Positions 8,306 through 16,907 of a DNA stretch of 45,987 bases are shown here, in pieces. The DNA lies in IMG/VR virus record IMGVR_UViG_3300025288_000034, positions 1-45,987 of that record, one strand, 5' to 3'. The notes below the pieces were generated by a model. That model was not told where the DNA came from. It saw only the letters and a program-made list of their open reading frames with translations, and searched no databases. Position numbers and translations under genes: made by a program. This DNA comes from a virus. Its lineage: Duplodnaviria > Caudoviricetes. The stretch's first letter is position 1, and every line of letters begins with the position of its first letter.

Positions 8306-8568
8306 TCCCGGTGTTCCTGTGCCTTTTCGAGGTGGAGGACTATGGACGGTTCATGGCACCACGTCATCGCATTCCGTGCGACTCTGTGAGCCTTGATTAG
8401 TGGATCGATGGGCGGAGCCCCCTTCCCCCGCACCTTTGCGTAATACGCAGCATACGCGCGCACGGCATTGCTTAGATCTAGCAGCGCGAGATAGAGGACT
8501 CCCTCTGCCTGCGTCTGCACGGCGGGAAGGGTCTCCAAATCCAGACCCAATCTGGTTTGTTGAGTCAT
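8302..8568 (-). CDS. Hypothetical protein (88 aa, MTQQTRLG...)
   Basis: ATG at 8568 overlaps the stop of the upstream small ORF (ATGA coupling at both ends). Confidence 0.7.
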   Translation of the reverse strand: MTQQTRLGLDLETLPAVQTQAEGVLYLALLDLSNAVRAYAAYYAKVRGKGAPPIDPLIKAHRVARNAMTWCHEPSIVLHLEKAQEHRE

Positions 8569-8699
8569 TTCTTGTTGTTCCAATAATTACCGTCGGTGCT
8601 GGTGATCCACTCGTAGATCCACATGACGAGACCCATGAAGAGAATCGAAGCGATGATGAGAGGGATAGACATGATGATGGTAATGAGGAGAGTTTCCAT
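8565..8699 (-). CDS. Small single-pass membrane protein (44 aa), not in the ORF track
   Basis: Translated by hand: METLLITIIMSIPLIIASILFMGLVMWIYEWITSTDGNYWNNKK; AAAGGTG RBS; stop coupled to next ATG. Confidence 0.65.
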   Translation of the reverse strand: METLLITIIMSIPLIIASILFMGLVMWIYEWITSTDGNYWNNKK

Positions 8700-8732
8700 T
8701 TTGAGTCACCTTTGGTTGAACACGTTGCTCTA

Positions 8733-9710
8733 TTATACAAGGCCCTTTTCAAGAAAGACATCCGCGACGATCCAGGGATTCCAATCATCCACCTTGTTTT
8801 CCAACTGGTCAAACCATGCTTGGATGTTCCGCGAGTCCCTTGACACACAGATGTCGAGAAATTTGCAGGGATAGTTGAACGCAACGCATCCACTTTCCCT
8901 GCGGGAGAACAGTTCCAACTCCAACATTGATTTAATGGAACGGAATTGGAGAATCTTCGCCGTCAGCCACTCCTGAATGGCGCCCTGCGTCTTTGTAAAT
9001 TCATACACCTGTACGCGGGGCTCAGGGAGGGAGAGATGACAGTCGTGATAGGAGACGTTAAACGACTCCACCGGGTTTCCAAGCAGGTGTTCCACAACAA
9101 CTCCATACGGGATTTGCTGGGAGTTGTACATGTATTCCGCTGTGCGGTCCCGAATCGTTGACTGGTGCGTCTTAATATCGGTAGCGAGAATTTCTTTCGT
9201 TGCCTTGTGCAACAACACCAAGTCGATGTACCCGATGAAAGCGATCCCTGCGAAACCCGGCATCTCGGTGTTGAGGAATCTCAATTCAAATGGTAGCTCC
9301 ACACATGGGACTTCCACCCCATCAGGGCGTTTGAATCTCATGATGTCGTAGTCCCACATATGGAATTGCTTGATCGCCTCCTCAAATGTGGACATCACAA
9401 CATCCCAGGTACGTCGATTCTGTTGCACCGTGAGAGCCAACTCCCATGGGTACGCCCGTAGTAATTCGTAATACGCGCGATTCTCATCATGCGATACTAC
9501 AAACTCCTGATACGCGCGGTGGAACGCCCTACCGACGGCAGCAGGGATGGAGTCATCATCCGGCCGCTCCTTCCCCTGCCCGTAGAGTTTCTGAAACTCA
9601 AACTTGCGGGGGCAGAAGGCGAACGTGTTGGTGGAGGAATGGGAGACTCTCAGCCAAGGGAGTTCCTTGTTTGGAGGCGGGGACATCACGTTTTGTTGCA
9701 TGAGGTTCAC
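8733..9710 (-). CDS. PD-(D/E)XK exonuclease, Cas4/AddB-like with four-cysteine staple
   Basis: SHSS...FCPRKF, G.AFH, ELPFE, GYIDLV, DIKT, Q..Y and C-terminal C-x6-C-x5-C. Confidence 0.85.
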   Translation of the reverse strand: MNLMQQNVMSPPPNKELPWLRVSHSSTNTFAFCPRKFEFQKLYGQGKERPDDDSIPAAVGRAFHRAYQEFVVSHDENRAYYELLRAYPWELALTVQQNRRTWDVVMSTFEEAIKQFHMWDYDIMRFKRPDGVEVPCVELPFELRFLNTEMPGFAGIAFIGYIDLVLLHKATKEILATDIKTHQSTIRDRTAEYMYNSQQIPYGVVVEHLLGNPVESFNVSYHDCHLSLPEPRVQVYEFTKTQGAIQEWLTAKILQFRSIKSMLELELFSRRESGCVAFNYPCKFLDICVSRDSRNIQAWFDQLENKVDDWNPWIVADVFLEKGLV

Positions 9711-9768
9711 AGAAGTTGACTCCTTTAAAAGGAACTTGTCTTAAAAGCCTTGCGCTGTCTTTCTCCGG

Positions 9769-10086
9769 TTATTCCGTCACACGCGGCAGCGCCCGCAGAC
9801 GGAGAGATTCCTGTTCGCTCAAAACGCATGCACTGCCCTGATTCTCTTCCCATTGTGCGGCGTGATCGATCAATTGCTTGGCGATCCCGCGCCAGAAATT
9901 TCGCAAGTTGTCGCCCATCAGCCCGTAATACGTCAGAGCGTCGGCCTTGCCGTGCTGCCGCGCTAACTTTTCGGCAAGATTCGAAAGATGCGGCGTGCCT
10001 TCGTAAAGCGCCTCAGCGAGTTGATCGACGGTTAGTTTAGCTTTTAAGTCCTTCACGCTCAGGACCGATTTCGATAAGTCTTGCAT
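9769..10086 (-). CDS. Hypothetical protein (105 aa)
   Basis: AAAGGTG RBS; collinear in operon. Confidence 0.7.
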   Translation of the reverse strand: MQDLSKSVLSVKDLKAKLTVDQLAEALYEGTPHLSNLAEKLARQHGKADALTYYGLMGDNLRNFWRGIAKQLIDHAAQWEENQGSACVLSEQESLRLRALPRVTE

Positions 10087-10092
10087 GCGGCT

Positions 10093-10221
10093 TCACCTTT
10101 CCGATTTGAGGGCGTCTGAGATCGCGTCGATTCCATGTACGATGTGATCGGCGGCGTCGGCCAAAAACCCGGCCGCTTTTAAGCCGTTGACCAGGGATTC
10201 AAATTGTGCCTTGTCAATCAT
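10093..10221 (-). CDS. Small hypothetical protein (42 aa), not in the ORF track
   Basis: Translated by hand: MIDKAQFESLVNGLKAAGFLADAADHIVHGIDAISDALKSER; fills the gap exactly (2 nt after the upstream stop, 6 nt before the next start). Confidence 0.6.
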   Translation of the reverse strand: MIDKAQFESLVNGLKAAGFLADAADHIVHGIDAISDALKSER

Positions 10222-10223
10222 GG

Positions 10224-11054
10224 TCACAATTCTACTCCCAAATCCCCAAGTGCATCCAGCAATTCCGCTTGAAATGCAGCAGCGGATTCCTGCTTCGCCG
10301 ACATCGCGCGGGATTTGCGTTTCCCCGCCGCAGCAACTGCGGCTTGTTTGCGGAATCCCATAATGTACTTCATCCGTCTAACGATGATTGTGACATCCTC
10401 ATCCACCAGCAAATTTGCAAGGATGGGAGTCTCTCTCATCTCCATCATGATATTCTGCACCGCTCCTTTAATCGCATCCTCGTTGTGGTGCATTGTGTGC
10501 ACGGAGTCGAGAAGGTCCACAAACGCGAGCTGTTGCGCAGTCATTTCCGGGGAGAGCTGGCGGGTGGGTGCATCAACGGGAGTCTCGTCAGCAAACTCCA
10601 ATCTACCGAGGCCCCCAATGCCGTCTGCATCAGACTCCGCAATACCAGCCAGCTCGGAAAAGTCCGGAGCCTGCGCCGATGGTGTTGTCTGCGTCTGCGC
10701 CATTGAGAGCGTCGCGCTCGCGCTCGCATTTGCTTGCTTCTTCATGAGACTCGCAAGCGAAGCCGTGGCTGAAACTGGGGGCGCCGCTTTCTTCGAGGGC
10801 TTCATCTCTTGTGCTTTTTCCGTTGCTTGCACTGGTGCCTGTGTGAGTCTTTTGGCCAATGCTGCAAAACCAGAGCGAGAAACCGCCACTGTATCCAGCG
10901 GAGCGTCTACCTGTGGTACCTGTTGCGGCTGCTGTTGCTGCGTTGGCGGTACATTCGGTATCGGCTGCGGACTCGTTTTGCCTTGCGCTTGTTGCGCTTG
11001 CGCCTGCGCCTGCGCCAGTTGCTGTTGTTTAATTCTCTCAGTTAGACTTGCCAT
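10224..11054 (-). CDS. Hypothetical protein, Gln/Ala/Pro-rich disordered N-terminus and helical C-terminal domain (276 aa)
   Basis: AGGAG RBS; long ORF in operon direction. Confidence 0.8.
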   Translation of the reverse strand: MASLTERIKQQQLAQAQAQAQQAQGKTSPQPIPNVPPTQQQQPQQVPQVDAPLDTVAVSRSGFAALAKRLTQAPVQATEKAQEMKPSKKAAPPVSATASLASLMKKQANASASATLSMAQTQTTPSAQAPDFSELAGIAESDADGIGGLGRLEFADETPVDAPTRQLSPEMTAQQLAFVDLLDSVHTMHHNEDAIKGAVQNIMMEMRETPILANLLVDEDVTIIVRRMKYIMGFRKQAAVAAAGKRKSRAMSAKQESAAAFQAELLDALGDLGVEL

Positions 11055-11448
11055 ACGGAATCGCTCCTGTCTGTTCCAACATTTCCTGCGTCGTGTGCCG
11101 ATCAGTGACCACCCGTTTGACTTTCACGAAGTCCTCACCCCCGTTCGGGGCATCCGGCATAGGTGTCACTTGAGATTCCAATCGAAACCTCGCAATGTAT
11201 TTTTGCTCCGTTTCGAGCAGGCGGCGCGCGCGAGAGATTCTCATCCTCGCTCGCTGCAACAGCACCTGCCCACGACTAAGCGGGCACGTGAACAAAGCCA
11301 CGCTGTCGGGCTCTTTCGTGTCCCTCAGAATGTGCTCAGTCAGGCTTGCGGAATCCCCGTCCACATCAAAGAAGGGGACCGTGCGCCCCGCATCAATAGC
11401 ACGCGCGATCTCCTCCAGAGGGCTAAGGGTTTTGTGTGAATCTTGCAT
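11038..11448 (-). CDS. Hypothetical protein (136 aa, MQDSHK...)
   Basis: Start placed downstream of the internal promoter, GGAG upstream; overlaps the next gene start. Confidence 0.7.
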   Translation of the reverse strand: MQDSHKTLSPLEEIARAIDAGRTVPFFDVDGDSASLTEHILRDTKEPDSVALFTCPLSRGQVLLQRARMRISRARRLLETEQKYIARFRLESQVTPMPDAPNGGEDFVKVKRVVTDRHTTQEMLEQTGAIPYGKSN

Positions 11449-11489
11449 AGCAGGGCAGGCTCCAATTGGGGGACTACTGTAGCAGGGGT

Positions 11490-11519
11490 ATAATAACCAC
11501 AAATAACACTGTGTGTCAA
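11490..11519 (-). promoter_or_regulatory. Internal sigma70-type promoter
   Basis: Minus strand TTGACA-N18-TATTAT in an AT-rich intergenic gap. Confidence 0.7.
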
Positions 11520-11920
11520 GTCATTTCTTTCCACCTGCGCAAGGAGTCCCGATGGAAGAGGGCCGTGTCCATCTCTGGAAGAGTCACCAGCGTATGGTTG
11601 TCCGGAGCGAGGCCGCCGCCTTTCCCGTAGGGGAGGGGCATGAGAAACCCCTCCCCGAGTGACTGTTCTTCTGTGACTCCCTTCACCAACCCATGCAGAT
11701 TTTTCCCCGCCTCCACAAATGTATGCGCGCATGAGAATCCCAATAACATGCAGGCGAAGGGATTACCGTCCGCCAATCCATACCAGAGAAGGAAATCAAT
11801 TCCCGCGCGGAGGCAGTCATGGCACAGCAAGAGGCCGGACGGCAACTGCGCAATACAGTCACCTCCTCGGCCACACGAGGAACATTCGGTAAGGGTGAGT
11901 CTACGAGGATACAGCATCAT
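11516..11920 (-). CDS. Hypothetical protein with C4 zinc finger
   Basis: CSSC-x16-CHDC; start uncertain (11920 or 11959). Confidence 0.6.
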   Translation of the reverse strand: MMLYPRRLTLTECSSCGRGGDCIAQLPSGLLLCHDCLRAGIDFLLWYGLADGNPFACMLLGFSCAHTFVEAGKNLHGLVKGVTEEQSLGEGFLMPLPYGKGGGLAPDNHTLVTLPEMDTALFHRDSLRRWKEMT

Positions 11921-12158
11921 TGCCGTCAATTTCACTTCGCTTGGATTCCCATCTAGCAAAGAGGTGATCCACTCCGCATATGATGAATTTGTCGGGGAGC
12001 ACGTCGAGTCTTATATGCAAGACACTCGATTTGACCCCGATCACTTTGCCGTAACGGGCGCCCTGCATCCACAGGTCCAACCATGGTTGAATCTCCACAC
12101 GGTCCCCTACCATGAAGTCGTTTATGGTGAAGGGGCCGTAAATCTTGCATTCACTCAT
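11901..12158 (-). CDS. Small hypothetical protein, possible SH3/KOW-like fold (85 aa)
   Basis: GAGGAG RBS before ATG 12158; FMVGDRVEI...YGKVIGV pattern. Confidence 0.7.
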   Translation of the reverse strand: MSECKIYGPFTINDFMVGDRVEIQPWLDLWMQGARYGKVIGVKSSVLHIRLDVLPDKFIICGVDHLFARWESKRSEIDGNDAVSS

Positions 12159-12171
12159 GATGTGACTCCTC

Positions 12172-12879
12172 TCACAGACCGTATTTAACCCTGCATATGG
12201 GACCGATCCCCAAGGAGATGGACTCCTCATTGGTTAGTATTCGTCCGCAGCATCCGCACTCCCCGGTCTCTTTTCCATACGCGCGCAGCATGTATTCAAT
12301 ATCTGCGACGCTGGAATTCTCCAGCCGCATAAATGCTTGTATGACCCGGAGATTCCCGCCACGATTCCCGCCACCCGGAGGAAAGAATTGCCCCCGCGTA
12401 TCAACTTTGCCACAGTACACGCCATGCATATCTCGGAGATATAGACAACCTGGATTCGTGCTGTGATCCCCGGCGCAGACGAGTCGTAATTCGTCAGTAC
12501 CTGAGAAGAAACCAATTTTTGGGTATTGAATCCCGTTTTTGCGCGCCGACTGCATTACAATCTGAAATGCCGTGTGTCGGGGTTGGGAGGATTCCTTGTC
12601 GGTAGGGGACATACGAGCCGGTGCCTCTGCCCCAATCTCGGTTGTGAAAGGGATTCCATCGGGAGGCACAACCAAGGGCGGGCCGTTGAATGCCACAAAT
12701 ACATCTTTGACTTTGATTGCTTGGAAGTCTTTCCCAATGACGAGGCGGGAACTGGATTCTCCATCAACAGTCAAGTTCGCGGCTTCCACCAATTCAGATT
12801 CTCTGTCCGTGACGATCTCCACCTCGACAATGTGGTTCCCGAGAACGTATTCTTTGATTGTGGTCTGTAAGGTTGGCAT
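12172..12879 (-). CDS. DUF6011-like zinc-ribbon domain protein
   Basis: C-terminal CGCCGRILTNEESISLGIGPIC signature; start 12879 (alternative 12912). Confidence 0.75.
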   Translation of the reverse strand: MPTLQTTIKEYVLGNHIVEVEIVTDRESELVEAANLTVDGESSSRLVIGKDFQAIKVKDVFVAFNGPPLVVPPDGIPFTTEIGAEAPARMSPTDKESSQPRHTAFQIVMQSARKNGIQYPKIGFFSGTDELRLVCAGDHSTNPGCLYLRDMHGVYCGKVDTRGQFFPPGGGNRGGNLRVIQAFMRLENSSVADIEYMLRAYGKETGECGCCGRILTNEESISLGIGPICRVKYGL

Positions 12880-12913
12880 GATTCTGTGCCTTTCGTTAGT
12901 TGTTGGTGCCATA

Positions 12914-13171
12914 TCAATTCAGCGTCGGTTTCTCCCGCGAGTTGTTTCGCATCTTCACCGCGACTTCCTGAAACATCAGATCCATTTCATTTCTGCAAGC
13001 TTCACACGGTTGAATCATTATCCCTATCTCATTTGTGTCTGTATCGAGAATTCTAAATATTTCAGGTCGCCTACAGAGACGGAATCCCAAATTGAGAGCC
13101 GTATATGATCCAATCTCAAACACTGTACACTTATTGGGGTCGATGGAATCATTTTCGGGTTGTTTCGTCAT
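12914..13171 (-). CDS. Hypothetical protein (85 aa)
   Basis: AAGGAG RBS; directly follows the helicase stop. Confidence 0.65.
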   Translation of the reverse strand: MTKQPENDSIDPNKCTVFEIGSYTALNLGFRLCRRPEIFRILDTDTNEIGIMIQPCEACRNEMDLMFQEVAVKMRNNSREKPTLN

Positions 13172-13174
13172 GAC

Positions 13175-15271
13175 TCATAGCTCCTTTGCTTCTGGCAATT
13201 TCGGCTCCTTTGGTCCCAGTCCCTTGACCTCGCGGATTTCCCCCATTGACTCCATGTACTGGCGGAAAGACTGGACTTTCTCTTCGAGAGTCTTTCCCTT
13301 GACCCTCTGGTTGGCAAGGGCGCGCTGCAATCCACGGGGTGTGTACAAGAGGAGAATCTTTTCGCTCGCGCGAGTACACGCAGTGTAAAGCCATTCCCTT
13401 GACAGCATACGCCCGAATACTTCGTGGCAAATCACAATTGTTGTGGGACATTCTGCGCCTTGCATCTTGTGACAAGTGGAGGCGTAGGCGAGTTGTAACG
13501 ATTCGGTTTCCCCGCGGGTGCGGAAATGCACAAAGCGATGAACTTCGACGGAAGAGGAGGAATCTGCCTCATCATCCTCCTCGTCTGTTGATCCAATTGC
13601 TTCGCATGCGTGGAAGTCCACGGTGATGGAGTGCGAGGCTTCGCCTTTCAAGTAAGATTCCTTCTGTTTTTCCTGTCCACCATCCTGCAGTTTCTGGTGC
13701 AGCATCGCCTCGAACTCTTCGGGATCGAATCCCTCGCGGTCAATTTCTGCTTGTTCCGCCATGTACTTCTGCACAGACTCCCAATCCCCCACTGCGCGAG
13801 GATCTCCCCCATACGCCCCGTTCTTGGTGATCTCAGTGATGATTCCCATCATCCCATTCGTCACCCCGGTGGCGTAATCGTTCTTTGTCGCCATCACCTT
13901 GTCGCCCACGGCGAGCAGTTTGCGACTCCTCCCACAATCAATCATCACGCGTTTTGCGTCGGGATTGAAGAACATAGAGAGGGGCGTGTTGAGGGGAATC
14001 TGTCCGAGAGGAGCGGTGGGTGACTCTGGCTTGTCTCCATTCACCGCAGTGATGATGTTGTCGAACAGTTCGTTGTAGACTCCCTTGCGCTTCAGTCCTC
14101 GAACGAGGGCGAGAACCTGCTGCGAGGCTTTCAATGGATCACGACTCAATGCCATCATGCGGAAGTTGCCGTCGTCCTGGGGAGTCTTTCCTTGCAAAAT
14201 ACGATGCGCGTTGGGGACTATCTGGTCCTTAGAACCCACCTGCCGGTGCACATGCGTGAGTTCTGCAACGCCCCATTTTGCCATTGCGAATCCAAAGACG
14301 CTTTTCCCGTGCACTGGGGGCAATTGGTTGATATCCCCGATCATGTACACACGGGTTCCATCTTGCATTGCGGCGATGAATCGCTCCCACAAATCCAGCG
14401 AGACCATGGAAGCTTCGTCCACAATCACCACATCCCACGGCATTTTGTTGGACTCCGTGTGCCAGGGTTCGAAGATTCTCTTTGTAACAAGCGCGCCGTT
14501 TTCATCCATACCTTCCACCATCACGGGCATGTAACGCAGCGCACGGTGGATTGTTTTGATATTCCCGTGCCATGATTGAGGAAAGTTCTTGCGAATCTGC
14601 CTTACGGAACGCCCGGTGAAACCGCACAACAGGATAGAAGGAATCCATCTTTCGGGGACATTTGTGGAGTCTTCCCCTGCGAGCAGTTTTTGTTTGCGCT
14701 CCACATAATTCGCGTCTACGCTTTTCACGGTGTTCGCGATGTGTTGTACAAACGCTTTTGTGCAAGTGGTTTTTCCGGTTCCCGCTGCGCCAATGAGACA
14801 GCCGCAGGAACGGAAAGCGAGTTTTTCCAAAGCGCGTAATTGGGAGTCGTCGAATGTAAAGCCCTCGGGAATCAGGGTGCCCCCTTGAATTGACAAGGCC
14901 AGTACAGGCGTTTCAAGTGCCTGGGGCACAATGGTAGCCTTCAGGGCGAGACTCTCCACATCCTCTACCTTTGCCGGGAGCGCCGCATCAAGTATTGCAC
15001 GTTGCGCGATGCGTTGCTGTGCCACATTCGCACCCTGCGATTTAAGGGACTCCATCACGGCGAGTGCCTGGGGGACTCCCAACAACTGATCCCTCATTTG
15101 GGCGGGATTGACGTGTGGGAGTCGTTGCGCGCGCATTAACGTGGGTGGGAGCGGCGCCTTTGGCAACGCGGTTTGGGAAGAGAGCGCTTTGATGTTCCCA
15201 GAGAGTCGCGACAGCGCGTCCTGCGCCTTTGGTGACAATGCCGGCGCGCGTGTGGGTGCTTTGGATTTCAT
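13175..15271 (-). CDS. SF1B RecD2/Dda-like DNA helicase
   Basis: GAAGTGKTT, TIHRAL, VIVDEASM, IGDINQLPPV, GDKVM, AYASTCHKMQG, LYTACTRA motifs. Confidence 0.93.
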   Translation of the reverse strand: MKSKAPTRAPALSPKAQDALSRLSGNIKALSSQTALPKAPLPPTLMRAQRLPHVNPAQMRDQLLGVPQALAVMESLKSQGANVAQQRIAQRAILDAALPAKVEDVESLALKATIVPQALETPVLALSIQGGTLIPEGFTFDDSQLRALEKLAFRSCGCLIGAAGTGKTTCTKAFVQHIANTVKSVDANYVERKQKLLAGEDSTNVPERWIPSILLCGFTGRSVRQIRKNFPQSWHGNIKTIHRALRYMPVMVEGMDENGALVTKRIFEPWHTESNKMPWDVVIVDEASMVSLDLWERFIAAMQDGTRVYMIGDINQLPPVHGKSVFGFAMAKWGVAELTHVHRQVGSKDQIVPNAHRILQGKTPQDDGNFRMMALSRDPLKASQQVLALVRGLKRKGVYNELFDNIITAVNGDKPESPTAPLGQIPLNTPLSMFFNPDAKRVMIDCGRSRKLLAVGDKVMATKNDYATGVTNGMMGIITEITKNGAYGGDPRAVGDWESVQKYMAEQAEIDREGFDPEEFEAMLHQKLQDGGQEKQKESYLKGEASHSITVDFHACEAIGSTDEEDDEADSSSSVEVHRFVHFRTRGETESLQLAYASTCHKMQGAECPTTIVICHEVFGRMLSREWLYTACTRASEKILLLYTPRGLQRALANQRVKGKTLEEKVQSFRQYMESMGEIREVKGLGPKEPKLPEAKEL

Positions 15272-15486
15272 TTTAAAAACCTCAGAATCTCTGCTACACT
15301 TTTGCGTTGTTTGTGATACAGCACCGCCACATCACGCACACAGTAATTTTCCGTTGCATAATTCAGCGCATCGCGCAGAACGCGGGGCAGTGCGTCAAAC
15401 AAGCGCAACTCATTTTCGATACTAACGACTCGATTTAACGCGGGGTCAGTATCTAATGCGGTATTGGTATTGGTATTCGTTTTCAC
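15268..15486 (-). CDS. Small hypothetical protein, possibly DUF6525-like (72 aa)
   Basis: FDALPRVLRDALNYA motif; coupled overlaps with both neighbours. Confidence 0.6.
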   Translation of the reverse strand: MKTNTNTNTALDTDPALNRVVSIENELRLFDALPRVLRDALNYATENYCVRDVAVLYHKQRKSVAEILRFLK

Positions 15487-16469
15487 AGTTTAATTCTCCC
15501 GCCTTTCACTCCGCCTTGGTGAATTGAATGTTTGAGGCGTTCGGCGCGCTCCATCTGTTTCAGCATCTTTGTGCCGTAATCATATGAAGAGGGACGCGGA
15601 GGCGGGCGGAGAGTCGTGTCACCCTTCTTCCGCGTATCCATCTCGATACCCGCTTCAAGCAACGCATTGATGAAGATCATGCGAGATTCTTGTGCCTCCC
15701 GGTCTTTCCGCCGTTGGCGAAGCGTCGCCGCGCTCAATTGTGGAGAGGCATTCCCGTCAGGAATGCGGGAGAGTTGCAATCCCACCGCATGTCGCGCGTA
15801 ATATGTACCACTGCGCGCGCCGTTTAACCGCGCCTCTTCAATCTCGGCGTCACAATGTGTGAGGAGTCGCGCGAGGGATGCCTTGAAATCTGTGAGGAAG
15901 TGCTGGAATGAGAGTCCCACCGGGGGCGCTATCGTGTGAAGACCGCGCCGCGCGTCTAATTCCAGTAATGAATCAAGTGCGAGGGAAATCGTCATTTCTG
16001 GCAATTCTGCAAGGTGTTGGAATAATTCGATTTTGCGCGCGATGAATTGATTATGCGCCTGCACAGATTCCCATCGCGGCATGTATGTCTGTTGTGCCTC
16101 TTCCGCCTTGAATGAAGTACTCTTGTGGGTGTTTTCCATCGCATCGAAAACGACTCCGCATAGGTAGACCGTCAAACCCACGGGGTCACTTTCGCGCAGA
16201 GCGGTATAAGAGTCTCGTCTCTTAATGATCCACCCAGGCCCCATGCGCGTAGCCGCCAATGTCGCTTCGCGTATGCGCATCGCGTCTGAGCGAATGGACA
16301 GGGGAATTGATTCCCACATTTCTTCCGTCATGACTCCCATCAATCTTCCCGTGGCACGGCAATAAATGCCCCGCGGGTTGAATGTTGTGACCGCGCTCGC
16401 TTCATGTGCGTCATGTGCGGATGCGTCATAGGTGTCTGTTAGGTTGGTGTGCATGAGACTCTCATTCAT
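15483..16469 (-). CDS. Hypothetical protein (328 aa), first gene of the leftward arm
   Basis: Long ORF immediately downstream of the leftward promoter. Confidence 0.8.
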   Translation of the reverse strand: MNESLMHTNLTDTYDASAHDAHEASAVTTFNPRGIYCRATGRLMGVMTEEMWESIPLSIRSDAMRIREATLAATRMGPGWIIKRRDSYTALRESDPVGLTVYLCGVVFDAMENTHKSTSFKAEEAQQTYMPRWESVQAHNQFIARKIELFQHLAELPEMTISLALDSLLELDARRGLHTIAPPVGLSFQHFLTDFKASLARLLTHCDAEIEEARLNGARSGTYYARHAVGLQLSRIPDGNASPQLSAATLRQRRKDREAQESRMIFINALLEAGIEMDTRKKGDTTLRPPPRPSSYDYGTKMLKQMERAERLKHSIHQGGVKGGRIKL

Positions 16470-16505
16470 TTCTGTGCCTTAGGGGCCGCGACGCCCCGAT
16501 CATCC

Positions 16506-16534
16506 ACCCTAGCACACTTTCCCTTGCATGTCAA
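16506..16534 (-). promoter_or_regulatory. Leftward sigma70-type promoter for the replication arm
   Basis: TTGACA-N17-TAGGGT with extended -10 TG. Confidence 0.75.
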
Positions 16535-16574
16535 CCTATGTTATAACATTTTTTCTCGACTCTCTCCTTCGGTT

Positions 16575-16874
16575 GCGCGCATGAGTGCGCACGCGCACGC
16601 GCATGAGTGTGAATGTGTGAATGTGTGAATGTGAATGTACCGTGCGTGCGCATGTGAGTCCCTGCACGGGGGTGTCCCTGCACGGGGGTGGGGTGGGGTG
16701 GGGGGTGTCCCTGCACGGCTACAGGTCGGCGCGTTTGCTGCGCAAACGACTCATTCCTACATACATGCCTGTCCGGGGGGCGCCGCCCTCTTCTGTGAAT
16801 GGGACATGGACATGGATGTGAATGGGACATGGATGTGGATTCGCCCCGCTGTTACCGTTGTTACAGGTCGGCGC
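16575..16874. repeat. Field of short direct repeats
   Basis: GTGTGAAT x3+, GTCCCTGCACGG x3, GGGGT runs, GTGAATGGGACATGGA x2, TACAGGTCGGCGC x2. Confidence 0.85.
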
Positions 16875-16907
16875 CCCCCTTGCGGGGGGAGTCATTTTGT
16901 CCCTTCC

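Noticed and set aside
10189-10217. Minus-strand TTGACA as a promoter
   Set aside because: No plausible -10 at 16-18 bp, and it lies inside a small ORF
10315-11439. 374-aa plus-strand ORF
   Set aside because: Antisense shadow of two well-signalled minus-strand genes, with low-complexity Cys/Ala content mirroring their codons
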